Notes: generated by a model from the sequence alone, not told the origin. DNA of 64,000 nucleotides from an uncultured Acidobacteriota bacterium (GCA_963827655.1 CAWHCF010000047.1:46111-110110); one strand, 5' to 3'; shown: positions 20,101-29,851, numbered from the stretch's first letter. Translations and numbers: made by a program.

Positions 20101-22895
20101 ATCGGGAGATTGTTCGCCAGTTGCTCCATGCCCATGAATACTGGCGGATGAAGCGGCTCGCCGTCGACCTGGTCATACTGAACGAGCAACCGACATCATA
20201 CGCCCAGGAACTGCAGGCTGCGCTCGAAGCTCTGAAGCGAGCCAGCCAGTCAGCTTCTCGCCACGAGGAGCACGAACCGCACGGGAAGGTATTCATTCTG
20301 AGAGCGGACCTTCTTTCCGCGGCTGACCGCGACCTGCTCCGAACCGTGGCCCGCGCCGTCCTCCTGGGACGTCAGGGAAGCCTCGCCGAGCAGGTCGTCC
20401 GGCTGATCCGGGCTCCCAATACGCCTCTGCCTCCACCCCGCGTCGCTGCGGCGAGGCCCCTTGCTGAAGTTCCCCCGCCGCGGCCGGAACTGGAGTTTTT
20501 TAACGGCCTGGGCGGTTTCGCGTCTGGAGGGCGCGAGTACGTTACCATCCTGGGAGAGGGGCAATGGACGCCGGCGCCCTGGATCAATGTCATTGCGAAT
20601 GAGTCATTCGGCTTCCAGGTCTCCGAGCTGGGCTCGGGTTACACGTGGTCTCTGAACAGCCGGGAAAACCAGATCACGCCGTGGTCGAACGATCCGGTCA
20701 CCGATCCTCCTGGAGAGGCCATCTATATTAAAGATGAAGAAACCGGGGAGATCTGGGGACCCACAGCGCTTCCGATCCGCGAAGACGCATGGCCCTATGT
20801 TGCGCGGCATGGCCAGGGCTATAGCCGGTTCGAACACGTGTCCCACGGCATCGCCCTCGAACTGCTGCAGTTCGTTCCGCTGCAAGATCCAATCAAGATT
20901 TCCCGGCTCGTCGTGGAAAATCGCACCCCTCGCCCAAGACGGCTATCCGTGACCGCATATGTAGAGTGGGTCCTCGGCGTTTCCCGGCCTGCGTCGGCCC
21001 CCTTGATCGTGACCGAGATCGACCAGGACACGGGCGCAATGTTCGCCCGCAACGCCTGGAATAGCGAATTCGGCGAGCGGGTCGCTTTCGCCGATCTCGG
21101 CGGGCGCCAGACTTCCTGGACCAGCGACCGGACAGAGTTTCTGGGTCGAAACGGAACGCTGGACTATCCTGCGGCGCTGGTTCGACGAGAACCTCTGTCG
21201 CAAAAAACCGGCGCCGGTTTTGATCCGTGCGGGGTGCTCCAGACCATGCTGGAGCTGCGTCCGAACGCCAGGATCGAGATTCTCTTTTTGCTGGGCCAGG
21301 CTGCCACCAGCCAGGAAGCGCAGCAGTTGATCGTGCGTTACCGGGACCAGGCGGTTGAGACCAGCCTGCGCCCCGTCATCGATCGATGGGATGACATCCT
21401 GGGCGCGCTCGAGGTCAAGACCCCCGACCGATCGCTCGACATCATGTTGAACCGGTGGCTGCTCTACCAGACGCTCGCGTGCAGGGTTTGGGCCCGATCG
21501 GCCTTTTATCAGGCGAGCGGCGCCTACGGTTTCCGCGACCAGTTGCAGGATGTCATCGCGCTGACGGTCGCGACACGGCAAATCACGCGCGAACACTTGC
21601 TGCGAGCCGCAGCGCGGCAGTTCGTCGAGGGTGACGTTCAGCACTGGTGGCATCCACCTTCGGGCCGCGGAGTCCGAACCCGGATTTCGGACGACCTTCT
21701 CTGGCTTCCTTATGCGGTGGCTCACTACATCGAGGTCACCGGCGATAAGGCCATTCTCGATGAATTTGTTTCCTTTCTGGAAGGCGCGCCTCTGGCTGCC
21801 GATCAGCACGAATTGTATTTCGAACCCCGGACGGCCGAGATGCCGGGCACTCTGTTCGAGCACTGCGCTCGCGCTCTGGACCGCAGCCTCTCGGTCGGCA
21901 GTCATGGCCTCCCTCTGATGGGCTCGGGAGACTGGAATGACGGCATGAATCGAGTAGGACACCAGGGAAAGGGCGAGAGCGTGTGGCTCGGCTGGTTCCT
22001 GTACGCGACGCTACAAAAATTCATACCGCTGGCCGAGGCCGCGCGCGAGTCTCGGCGGGCGGAAAGCTGGCGTCGCCACGTCGCCTCGCTCAAACAGGCG
22101 CTCGAGAGGGCCTGGGATGGCGACTGGTACCGCCGTGCCTACTTCGACGATGGCACGCCGCTAGGCTCGGCCACCAATTCCGAATGCCGGATTGATTCGA
22201 TTGCCCAATCCTGGGGCATCATCTCGGCCGCGGCGGACCGGGCGCGGGGCGCGCGGGCCATGGCCGCGGTCGAGGAATATCTGGTTCGCCGCGGTGACGG
22301 CCTGGTGCTGCTCTTCACTCCCCCCTTTGATCGAATCCCGCTCGATCCGGGTTACATCAAAGGCTACCTTCCGGGAGTCCGTGAAAACGGCGGGCAATAT
22401 ACCCATGCGGCGATCTGGTCGACCGTCGCGTTTGCCATGCTGGGCGACGGCGACAAGGCCGGAGAACTCTTTACGATCTTGAACCCTATCAATCATGCAA
22501 GCACTCGCGCGGGCGTCCATCGTTACAAGGTCGAACCTTACGTGGTTGCCGGCGATATCTACGCCGAGCCGCCGCATGTCGGCCGCGGCGGATGGACCTG
22601 GTATACAGGGTCGGCGGGTTGGATGTACCAGGCTGGAATTCAGTGGATCCTCGGGTTTCGTCTGAAGGGGGCCCGGCTCCTCATCGATCCCTGCATTCCA
22701 CGCGCATGGCGGGACTTCGAGATCAAATTCGCGTACCACTCCGCCAGATACGAAATTCTAGTGGAAAACCCTCGCGGCGCGACGCGCGGAATCTCCTCGA
22801 TCGAGATTGACGGAAAAACACTCGCGAGCGGCGTGAACGAGATTGAGCTGGCTGACGACGGCGTGACGCATCAGGTGCGCGTGATTCTCGGGTGA
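14154..22895 (+). CDS. ndvB: Cyclic beta-1,2-glucan synthase (GT84 + glucoamylase-like + GH94 phosphorylase; Cgs/NdvB/ChvB type)
   Basis: WERKRGKL, ITLDSDT, SHDLFEG, RWARGDW, YDLLASEARLASF, QASGAYGFRDQLQD, GDWNDGMN, ENGGQYTH, GGWTWYTGSAGW. Confidence 0.95.
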   Translation: MKNSHSSVVILGELEEPIRAELFSVERLEQHAESLAAAQHVTPDPRKGRPLAGRVRENGRVLLDCYRVIAAAIREERAITPAAEWLVDNFHIVDEQLREIREDLPLSYYRELPKLAGGHLEGYPRVYGIAWAFVAHSDSRFDPEALRRFVRAYQRVQPLSIGELWAIAINLRVMLVENLRRLAEGIVERRAARQEADALADRLLGLIDKPAERADAVLRKYEGEALSMAFAVQLVQRLRDQDPDVIPALLWLDERLAESGTTADEIVRLEHQRQAAMNVTVRNIITSMREMSAFDWSEFFESVSLVDEILRDGSDFAAMNFATRDRYRHAIEDLARGSKLSELEIARRAVERAQRARRDTGQAPDARREDPGYYLISKGRVSFEKETGFRVSWRHRLIRAYVGMATPAYLGTIAILTGLILTLPLLTGIEPWSSRSGLLLFAFLALIPASELAIALVNRFLLELFAPRPLPKLELRDGIPPGLRTMVVVPTIFTSEAQARELIERLEVHYLANPQGDLRFALLSDWADAHNETMPGDEELLAAAIEGIEQLNLHHGPAPEGGERFLLFHRKRVWNAREGKWIGWERKRGKLHELNRLLRGATDTTFLPVGDQPAEAPSGVRYVITLDSDTKFPRETARRLVSTMAHPLNRPRFDARRGRVVEGYGVMQPRVMPALPGDREESVFHLIFAGPCGVDPYAAAVSDIYQDLFGEGSYTGKGIYDVDAFETALTGRVPENALLSHDLFEGLFARAGLVTDIELFEDFPSHYQLAALRQHRWARGDWQLLPWIFGRASRSISWIGRWKMLDNLRRSLFAPAALLTLIAGWTLPFASSAVWTHFIVGTIAFPPLFHFVTGLLPPRRGISKRSHLRTLMTDLTIAASQLALTVAFLAHQAWLMADAILRTLARLFWTRRRLLEWVTAARAKAGLSLDLAAFYRHMAAAVAISGGVATVVALNRLDAWQEAAPMLLLWAFSPAVARWVSLPPRLIGPEPLSDADARVLRLTSRQTWRFFEVFAGSEDHGLPPDNLQEDPRPVVAHRTSPTNIGLYLLSISAARDFGWVGTAECVDRLDATLATMGTLERFRGHFYNWYETRDLRPLEPKYVSTVDSGNLAGHLITLQNACREMMDQPLLGRRALSGIEDALLLVRQAESAIKDHHRTQTVTRKDLDDALEGLHELLGALPVTPSDWAERFAQLETRANTLVDIARTLTEERGESGNLEVLNWAEAARACIASHGRDLDLMFPWAKLLREGAGPELPAEVRQMLASVTTPAETPDHCVAALRELEVFREQVGNMNPVGARVIPYLDELARGLENSAAASKVLAHRLAAHARLCGEMADAMEFDFLFDEERKLFSIGFRVSDGRLDSGHYDLLASEARLASFIAIAKGDVPSSHWFQLSRPLTPVGKGSALISWSGSMFEYLMPLLVMRSHTRSMLDQTYRLVVRRQIKYGAERGVPWGVSESAFSARDLALTYQYSNFGVPGLGLKRGLSEDIVIAPYATALAAMVDPAAAVRNFTRLAEEGAAGRYGFYEALDYTASRLPEGKKVVVVRAYMAHHQGMSIVAIANVLRDGVMRERFHAEPMIQATELLLQETTPRGVAVARPRAEEVKAAVDVRDLVPPVLRRFRSPHDLIPRTHLLTNGQYVVMMTAAGSGYSRWRDLAITRWREDVTRDCWGSYVFLRDAESGEVWSAGYHPSGAEPDHYEVVFSEDRAEIHRRDGALSTTLEVLVSPEDDAEVRRVSIRNFGSRPRIVELTSYAEVVLAPPAGDAAHPAFSNLFVQTEFVPDLAALLATRRPRSPSETRVWAGHVVIVEGETLAGVQYETDRARFLGRGREIRNPVSVIDGRPLSNTAGSVLDPILSLRRRVRIAPGSTARVVFSTFIAPSREVALDLADKYRDLATFERAATLAWTQAQVQLRHLRIGTDEAHLFQRIANRILYSDPSLRPSSEVLRRNERGPSALWQHGISGDLPIVLVHIDESGDREIVRQLLHAHEYWRMKRLAVDLVILNEQPTSYAQELQAALEALKRASQSASRHEEHEPHGKVFILRADLLSAADRDLLRTVARAVLLGRQGSLAEQVVRLIRAPNTPLPPPRVAAARPLAEVPPPRPELEFFNGLGGFASGGREYVTILGEGQWTPAPWINVIANESFGFQVSELGSGYTWSLNSRENQITPWSNDPVTDPPGEAIYIKDEETGEIWGPTALPIREDAWPYVARHGQGYSRFEHVSHGIALELLQFVPLQDPIKISRLVVENRTPRPRRLSVTAYVEWVLGVSRPASAPLIVTEIDQDTGAMFARNAWNSEFGERVAFADLGGRQTSWTSDRTEFLGRNGTLDYPAALVRREPLSQKTGAGFDPCGVLQTMLELRPNARIEILFLLGQAATSQEAQQLIVRYRDQAVETSLRPVIDRWDDILGALEVKTPDRSLDIMLNRWLLYQTLACRVWARSAFYQASGAYGFRDQLQDVIALTVATRQITREHLLRAAARQFVEGDVQHWWHPPSGRGVRTRISDDLLWLPYAVAHYIEVTGDKAILDEFVSFLEGAPLAADQHELYFEPRTAEMPGTLFEHCARALDRSLSVGSHGLPLMGSGDWNDGMNRVGHQGKGESVWLGWFLYATLQKFIPLAEAARESRRAESWRRHVASLKQALERAWDGDWYRRAYFDDGTPLGSATNSECRIDSIAQSWGIISAAADRARGARAMAAVEEYLVRRGDGLVLLFTPPFDRIPLDPGYIKGYLPGVRENGGQYTHAAIWSTVAFAMLGDGDKAGELFTILNPINHASTRAGVHRYKVEPYVVAGDIYAEPPHVGRGGWTWYTGSAGWMYQAGIQWILGFRLKGARLLIDPCIPRAWRDFEIKFAYHSARYEILVENPRGATRGISSIEIDGKTLASGVNEIELADDGVTHQVRVILG

Positions 22896-23008
22896 CCGTA
22901 GCACGCGGCGTTGGGGCATCCGCGACGTGGTTGATTTCCAGATGTCGCCTGCGAGGTTGCCACCGTGCATCGAAAAACTAATTGAGGCGCAACCGACGCG
23001 ACAGCTCT

Positions 23009-23128
23009 TCACAGCACTTCAAATTTCCGGTTCCGCGCCCACTTGTAAACGCTGAAGTCCCTGTCGAACGTGACGATTCGGGGCTCCGGTGGATCTCGGC
23101 GCACCGGATGAGACATGCGTCAGCGAAG
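23009..23128 (-). pseudogene. C-terminal remnant of a PIN-domain (VapC-like) toxin
   Basis: Minus strand FADACLIRCAEIH / frameshift / ARIVTFDRDFSVYKWARNRKFEVL*; no N-terminus or antitoxin. Confidence 0.7.
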
Positions 23129-23500
23129 ACTCGAAGAAACGCTAAAAGGAAGGGTGATGACTTTCGTTCAGTGGGTAGTCGGCAGTTGGCAGTGAAGGGT
23201 TGTCAGATTAGATGCTTGCCTAACCCTATCCCCCTTTGGCGCGCTTTCTTTCACTGCCAACAGCGGACCACCCATTGCCGCGTGTCACGCCAATGAGCTA
23301 TGGATTTCTTTACATCCTGGCGTCTTCGTGTCCTTGGCAGTTAGGAAAAGGCAACAGCCGTGCCAGGTAGTCGAGATCAACAAAAAGGCCAAGTAATTGC
23401 AATTACAAGAGGAATAAGAGAGTTTCGAGTGTCCGACAACAGCGAAAAGCCAGGACGCCCGACGGATGCCGGGCTCAAGGACGCGAAGAAAGGTTCTGCT

Positions 23501-24643
23501 TTACCCGCCTCTCTTGATGGTAATGTTTCCGTTGATCGTCTCGATACGGATACGATGCTTCCCCCCACCGGACACGCCCGTGCCGTAAATGAATTTCCTG
23601 GGCGATCCCTTGGAATAATCCCAATTAGGAGTATCTCGAATCTGGAGTGGAAAATCGCTGGCGATCGTGTAGTTCTGTTTGCTGTTCCGGGTATACGCCA
23701 GCTCGAGGTCAAACTGGACCGAAAGGCCGGCAGGCAAGGTCAAAGTAATCTCCCCTCCCTTGGAAGAAATATTCGCACTCCGCCGCGTCCCGTTCTCGGC
23801 GCCGGTCATGTTCACCGAAACATTTCCTCCCATGGTCTCGGCCTCGACCCAGCCATCGATGGCCTGGATCCTGATGTCGCCGCCCATCGTCTTTGCTTTA
23901 ACAAATCTCCCGGCGCGCCCGACGTTGACGTCGCCACCCATGGTCGACACGTTGGCGCCCAGAGGAGCATCGTCCACCCGAATCTCGCCCCCCATGGTAG
24001 AAATATTCACTTCCTCCCCCACCGAGTCCGGCGGGCCCGAAGACCGCGACGAAGCCAGTCTGCGCACGTTCCTGTAGACTACATTCCCGCCCATGGACGA
24101 GCCTTTCACATTTCCAATCACGTCCTCGAACACCACCTTGCCCCCCATGGTGCTGAGCGTGCCATCCACTTCCGAGTTGGTGAGGTTGATCTCCCCCCCC
24201 ATGGTTGAAAGGTCCAAATCTCCCTTGATGTTTGACAGCCGCAGCTCTCCTCCCATGGTTTTGCCGCTCAAGCGTCCGTCGATTTCCGTGATCCGGATGG
24301 CTCCGCCCATCGAGTCGATCGCTACGTCAAACCGTTTTGGAACGCTGACATCGAATTCCAGACTCGCGCTGTTGTCTTGCTGGTGGATGTACCGGGAGGT
24401 CACCTGCACCCCGGCGCTTGTCTGTTCGAACTCGACCGTCGCGTTTTTGCCGTCCCTTCCCTTTAATAGACCATCAACGGAAACAACCGGTCGGTCCCAT
24501 CCGGTTATTCGGATCTCCCCCCCCGTTTTAAGCGTAAGGGTTAGCTTCTGACCTGGCGAGACATTGAAGGACCGCCGGATCGTCTCCTGAGCAAGAGCCA
24601 GGCTCCATGAAAGTGCCATCAGGCACAGAAGCATTCTTTTCAT
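23501..24643 (-). CDS. Secreted DUF4097 beta-strand repeat protein
   Basis: Signal peptide MKRMLLCLMALSWSLALA; repeated (S/K/E)TMGG motifs. Confidence 0.88.
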   Translation of the reverse strand: MKRMLLCLMALSWSLALAQETIRRSFNVSPGQKLTLTLKTGGEIRITGWDRPVVSVDGLLKGRDGKNATVEFEQTSAGVQVTSRYIHQQDNSASLEFDVSVPKRFDVAIDSMGGAIRITEIDGRLSGKTMGGELRLSNIKGDLDLSTMGGEINLTNSEVDGTLSTMGGKVVFEDVIGNVKGSSMGGNVVYRNVRRLASSRSSGPPDSVGEEVNISTMGGEIRVDDAPLGANVSTMGGDVNVGRAGRFVKAKTMGGDIRIQAIDGWVEAETMGGNVSVNMTGAENGTRRSANISSKGGEITLTLPAGLSVQFDLELAYTRNSKQNYTIASDFPLQIRDTPNWDYSKGSPRKFIYGTGVSGGGKHRIRIETINGNITIKRGG

Positions 24644-24784
24644 CGTTGGACTCCGTTCTGTTGCACCTTTGATTACTCCGGGCCGAAAGATCGGCGAAAC
24701 GATTCCTCGGTGTTCCGTCGCGGTCAGCGCTACGAAACAAATGCCACCAGGACCCAAAGACACCAAGGGCCCTTGGGTGGCCTC

Positions 24785-25684
24785 TTACTGCACGTACGCA
24801 GCCGCCCGCGCGCGAAGCGGCGCGTCCTCTCCGGAGCGAAGCTCCTGAATGACACCTTTCAGAGTCTCCGGCTGGAGCTGATCAACCAGGTAATCCAGGG
24901 CTGCGAGGCGCATCTGAACCGATTCTTCTTGCCGTAAGACCTTCAAGAAGGCGCCCTGAATCTCCGGATCCTTCTTCTGGGGCGCCAGGATCGATTGGGC
25001 TTTAAGCCGGACAGCCACGCTCGGATCGTTGAGCATCGAAAAGAGCAAGGCTTCTTTCAGCTCGGGTCCCATGAGGTTTTCGGCGAAGGAGATCGCCTTG
25101 AGACGGGTGCCCACCGAAGACGGGTTCAGCAAAGCCTGAATCAGTGTCTCCTTGACCAGTGGATCGTCCTTCGCGGCGGTCAGATCCACTCGCGTGGTAA
25201 CGTCGAAGCTTAATGCAACCGTGCCTTCGCCCATATTTCTGAAGGAGATATTGGAGTACGTGTAGGGGGACGCTTCCACATCGGCCAGCTGCTTGTTTTC
25301 GCGCGCTTCACGACGAATCTGGGCGAGTAGGACGCTCTCTTTCGCTGATTGCCAGAAGTAGCCGATCGCGAATCCTGCGACAAGCAACGAAGCAGCAATG
25401 CCAAGGCCCAATGCCGGTGCGGACGTGAGACGCGCCCACATTCCGGGCCTCGGGCTACTCTCCCGCGGTGGCAGGGCGCGAAGAACGGAGCGCCGCAGGT
25501 CGTTGAAGTCAAGCTCACCGGGGACCACCAGCTCGCACCCCGTCAGAGAGGCGTTCAGGGTGATCAGCTCCCGGCAATCTTTACAGTGCCGGCCGTGGTC
25601 CAGCAAAGCCTCCTTCTCGTGGAGTGCCAACTCGCCGGCCAGCAACTTCTTAACTAACGGTTCGTATTCTGTGCACTGGTTCAT
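24785..25684 (-). CDS. Zinc-finger anti-sigma factor with TM helix and HEAT repeats
   Basis: HGRHCKDC (HxxxCxxC), one TM segment, NPSSVGTRLKAI / DPSVAVRLKA repeats; directly downstream of the ECF sigma. Confidence 0.88.
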   Translation of the reverse strand: MNQCTEYEPLVKKLLAGELALHEKEALLDHGRHCKDCRELITLNASLTGCELVVPGELDFNDLRRSVLRALPPRESSPRPGMWARLTSAPALGLGIAASLLVAGFAIGYFWQSAKESVLLAQIRREARENKQLADVEASPYTYSNISFRNMGEGTVALSFDVTTRVDLTAAKDDPLVKETLIQALLNPSSVGTRLKAISFAENLMGPELKEALLFSMLNDPSVAVRLKAQSILAPQKKDPEIQGAFLKVLRQEESVQMRLAALDYLVDQLQPETLKGVIQELRSGEDAPLRARAAAYVQ

Positions 25685-26237
25685 TGAAGATTCCCGCCGA
25701 ATGTCGGCCCAGGTTTTCCCTCAGCCGACGCACGCTTCTGAATAGGATGTTCTTGACCAGACCCTCACTGCATTTCAGGACTGAAGCGATTTCCTGGATT
25801 GACATACCGTTAAAGTATCGGAGTATGACAACCAGCCGTTGTTTGCGACTGAGGTGGAAGAGGCTCTTGACCAGCATCGTCCGGCTCTCCTTGCCGAGTA
25901 ATTCACCCTCCTGGTCGCCGGCGCTCGAGACCAGGATGCAGTCGTCAACCTGTTCATAATTCAAATGCTTTCGATGCTTGCGGATCCAGTTCAAACTTTC
26001 GTGGTAAGTGATCCGGGTAAGCCAGGTCTTGAACCTATCGCTTGCCCGCAAGGATCCGAGGTTCTCGTAGACCTTCAGAAAGACGTTCTGCGAAATATCG
26101 AGGGCGTGCTCGCGACCCCACCCATAGCCAAGGGCAATCTTGTAGACTAGCTTCTGGTGGCGCACCATCAGCTCGTCGAAAGCCTGGAGCGAACCCGAGA
26201 GGGATTCCTCTATTAGCGCACGGTCACTTCTCTCCAA
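25650..26237 (-). CDS. ECF RNA polymerase sigma factor
   Basis: AFDELMVRHQ, ALDISQNVFLKVY, FKTWLTRI, MSIQEIASVLKCSEGLVKNILFR; TTG start at 26237 inferred. Confidence 0.92.
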   Translation of the reverse strand: MERSDRALIEESLSGSLQAFDELMVRHQKLVYKIALGYGWGREHALDISQNVFLKVYENLGSLRASDRFKTWLTRITYHESLNWIRKHRKHLNYEQVDDCILVSSAGDQEGELLGKESRTMLVKSLFHLSRKQRLVVILRYFNGMSIQEIASVLKCSEGLVKNILFRSVRRLRENLGRHSAGIFNEPVHRIRTVS

Positions 26238-26259
26238 AGGTAACCCCTTCCTACCTCTA

Positions 26260-26286
26260 TCAGACAATGAAGACCGCAAGAAGTTA
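26260..26286 (-). promoter_or_regulatory. RpoE-type ECF promoter (probable autoregulation)
   Basis: tAACTT-N16-TCTGA about 23 nt upstream of the sigma start. Confidence 0.6.
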
Positions 26287-26660
26287 GCATACTGGTCGGT
26301 CTTGAGTCGCCCGGGGACCTCATGCCGAGAGCTGCGGGCAGCGTGGCCGCTTGGTTCCCCAAAAAGACGGGGCCCGGTGGGAACAAAGTAACTCAAGATT
26401 TGTCTAAACTGTTCCGAATACACCTGGCGATGTTGTTTATAAAACCCATGATTCTCAGTGCATAGAGATCGGACCGGGAAGAAAGGCAAGCCGCGTTGCG
26501 TCTCAGGTAAAGTCCGGTGTTCAAGAGGGCTTCGCAAAGACACCAGCCACCAAAAACGCGAAGATTTTCCGGGCAACGTAACGCGTATTAGCTATAATTA
26601 GAGGTTTTGGCGAGCCGCAGCCCGCTCCCGCTTTAACCGGAAGCTTGCGCTGGACATTCG

Positions 26661-26688
26661 TGAAACTTTCTAGTCTTTTTACTCGTAC
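26661..26688 (+). promoter_or_regulatory. ECF (SigW/SigM-like) promoter
   Basis: TGAAAC-N17-CGTAC about 40 nt upstream of ATG 26728. Confidence 0.55.
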
Positions 26689-26727
26689 TTATCTACCCGT
26701 ACTTATCGGCAGTGTGGAGGGTATTTA

Positions 26728-28211
26728 ATGAGCAAGAGGAAGAAAATCTGGATTGCTCTGGGTGGCGTGGCCCTGCTCGGGGTAGTCGCGTTCTTCAGCA
26801 TCCGGGCTAACCGCAAGGACACCACGTCCGTCCAGACCTCACGAGCGGAGCGCCGGGAAACACTGAAGTCCAAGGTGGCCGCGAGCGGTGAAATCCGCGC
26901 CAAAGAGTTCGTCGACCTTCAGTCCGAGATCGCCGGCGTAATTATCGATCTGCCTGTGCGCGAAGGGGATCGCGTCAAAAAGGGCGACATCCTGTTGCGC
27001 ATCGATCCCATCTCGACCGAAGCCGAGACCTCGGCCACTCGGTCGCAGTACGAAGCGACGGTCTCCGATGTTCGGGGACAGGAGTTCCAGATCCTCAATG
27101 CCGAGGCGAATCTGGCCCGCGACGAAGCCTCCCTCAGGTCGGCGCGCGCGGAACTGGAGCAGGCTGAGAATAACTTCAACCGAGTCGAGACCAGTTACAA
27201 GCGCAAGCAGCAATTGCACGAAGAGGGCTTGATCTCGCGCGAAGACTACGAAATGGCCCAGAATGATGCCAAGACAGCAAGAACTCAGCTGGAAGTGGCC
27301 AGAGCACGCTTGGCTCAGATGGAAACGCAGATGCAGGTGGCCCGGAACAACGATTCAGCAGATGAAGTCCTCACACCAGGGCTCGGTGAACCGTTCGAAA
27401 GCGATGGCCGCCAACCTGACGCGGGCCAAGGACCAGTCTTCAAAGACAACGCTGTATTCTCCCCTCACCGGAGTGATCACGCAGCTCCTGGTTGAAAAGG
27501 GGGAGCGAGCCGTACCGGGCATTCTGAGCAATCCTCAGGCCACTCTGATGACCATCGCCGACTTGAGCGTGATTCAGGCTGAACTGAAGGTCGACGAAAC
27601 TGATATCGTGAACCTCGCGCTCAGCAATCAGGCACAGGTCAAGGTAGACGCTTTGCCCGATGCGGTTTTCGAGGGCGTGGTTACCGAAATCGGCAACAGC
27701 CCTCTCAAAACCACTCAGGGAGCCAACCAGCAGCAGGAGGCCAAGGACTTCAAAGTGATTGTGACGCTGAAGGATCCGTCGCTGAAATTGAGACCCGGGA
27801 TGTCCTGCACCGGTGATATAATCACCGACACCAAGCAAAACGTGCTCGTGGTTCCTATCCAGGCGCTGACGGTTCGTGAAGTGGAGGTCGATAAAGAAGG
27901 TGTGTATCACGAACCCGATCTCAAGAAGTCAAAGGAGACATCGAGCGCGGTAGCGCAAGCAGACTCTTCGAAAAAGAAGCCGAAGAAGGAGCTCGAGGGT
28001 GTATTTGTCGTAAACAAGGAAAAAATAGCCAGGTTCCGTCCCAGTCAAGACCGGTATCACAGGGGATTCGGAAATGGAGATTCTCACTAATCTCAAGGAA
28101 GGCGACGAGGTCATCTCCGGCAGCTTTCAAACGCTCCGAAGCATCAAGGATGGGACGGCAGTAAAAATCGACAACAGCATCAAGACAACACAAAACGAAA
28201 AGAAGAGCTGA
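26728..28211 (+). CDS. Efflux periplasmic adaptor (MacA/YknX-like), frameshifted at ~27350 and ~28043
   Basis: [17 protein letters not shown], long coiled coil, SPLTGVI, VDETDI, LRPGMS; last frame [13 protein letters not shown]...* ends at 28211. Confidence 0.88.
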
Positions 28212-28287
28212 GCCGTTTCTCGCGCCTTCTGTCGTGGGCTTGCTTGACGGCATTCACCACGCAGACACGAGACGCCAGGCCGATGTC

Positions 28288-29001
28288 ATGAGCGGAAGCA
28301 ACCACGACAATAACATTCTTATCAAGACCGAAGATCTCTGGAAAACCTACCACATGGGGGCGGAAGAGATCCATGCGCTGAGGGGAGTCTCTTTCGAAAT
28401 TCGGAGGGGTGAATATGTGGCGATCATGGGACCTTCCGGCTCCGGCAAATCAACCATGATGAACCTCATCGGCTGCCTGGACACCCCCAGCAAGGGGAAG
28501 TATTTCCTGAACAAGCGACTGGTTTCGGAAATGGACGATGATGAACTTGCCCATATCCGGAACAAAGAAATCGGATTCGTTTTCCAGACCTTCAATCTTC
28601 TGGCTCGTGCCACAGCCTTGCACAACGTCGAGCTTCCCCTGATTTATAACGGAACGCCCGCCGCGGAGCGGAAAGAACGAGCTATGAAAGCGCTGAAGTC
28701 CGTAGAACTGGGGGAGCGCATGTATCACAAGCCGAATGAGCTCTCGGGGGGGCAGCGACAGCGGGTGGCCGTCGCGCGCGCGCTGGTTAACAATCCTTCC
28801 ATCATTCTTGCCGACGAACCGACCGGGAATCTCGACTCTGCCACCAGCGCAGAGATAATGAACCTGTTAGACACACTCCATAAGCGCGGCAACACTATTG
28901 TCCTGGTCACGCATGAGCCGGACATTGCCGCCCACGCCCACCGGGTCATCCGGCTACTCGACGGACAGGTAGCCAGCGATGAAATCCTCCGCACAGCCTG
29001 A
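28288..29001 (+). CDS. ABC ATP-binding protein (MacB/LolD/YknY-like)
   Basis: [28 protein letters not shown]. Confidence 0.95.
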   Translation: MSGSNHDNNILIKTEDLWKTYHMGAEEIHALRGVSFEIRRGEYVAIMGPSGSGKSTMMNLIGCLDTPSKGKYFLNKRLVSEMDDDELAHIRNKEIGFVFQTFNLLARATALHNVELPLIYNGTPAAERKERAMKALKSVELGERMYHKPNELSGGQRQRVAVARALVNNPSIILADEPTGNLDSATSAEIMNLLDTLHKRGNTIVLVTHEPDIAAHAHRVIRLLDGQVASDEILRTA

Positions 29002-29076
29002 TCTTTCGAGGCTTCGCCCCTCTGCGGTGGGAACAAATCCCGCCGCCACGACGCGGGGATGCGCGCAAGCTGCGCA

Positions 29077-29842
29077 TCAGGCCATCAATACGGAAATCCC
29101 TACTCGTATCACCACGTAGACGCCCCACAGAACCAAGACCACGGCGGCTGCTTTTCCAAGCTTTGTTCCCGCGACGGTAGAAAATCCGAGGGCAAGGAGG
29201 TAAATCGTCCAGAAGGAGAAGAGGTCGATTCTGGCCAGGAGGCTGTGAAGAAGGGGATTCGTCTTCTCGTCCACCGCCACCGCCGGATTACTCGCGACAT
29301 TCCTGCTGATGTCGATCACATCGAGCGAATCGGGTTCCTTGACCAGCATGAGAACAATGGCGAGAAGCGTCAGGATAATCGCCGGGCGGCGCCATCGCCC
29401 AGAACGTTACGGCCAGGGCTTTCTTGTACGTGAGCGACGCCCCCATCAAAACGAAAGCGAGCAGAAATACACCGGCCAGAAAAAGAAAGGCAATCAACAG
29501 GTTAACGGGGGCCAGGGCCACCTGCATATATTGCTGAAACGCACTTCGAGGCTGGGACAGAATCTTCTGGATCTGCTCCTCCGCCATGTTTTTCGTCAAC
29601 GGATTCCATGTGAGCGCCTGTCTCATATAGGTCTCGTAGTCGACGCGTGTCACCGCCACGTACTGCCCTGCTATCACCACGAGGGCCAGCACCACGAAGA
29701 TTCCAAGCCAGGTGGGGCGTCGCTTGATTTCCTCGAAGACTTTCCCCGGTTCGAAGAAGATGGCGCTCAATCTCCCGAAGAGACCACTCGTCGGAACCTC
29801 CGGTGTTTCGTTGGGCGCCGCAGTTGCGGTGTCGACACTCAT
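29077..29842 (-). CDS. Yip1 family membrane protein (YknW-like), frameshift ~29385
   Basis: LSAIFFEPGKVFEEIKRRPTW N-terminus; IDLFSFWTIYLLALG C-terminus in the adjacent frame. Confidence 0.82.
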
Positions 29843-29851
29843 GAGCACCTC

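Noticed and set aside
27340-27360. Programmed ribosomal frameshift in the efflux adaptor
   Set aside because: No slippery heptamer is evident, and similar indels are scattered across unrelated genes
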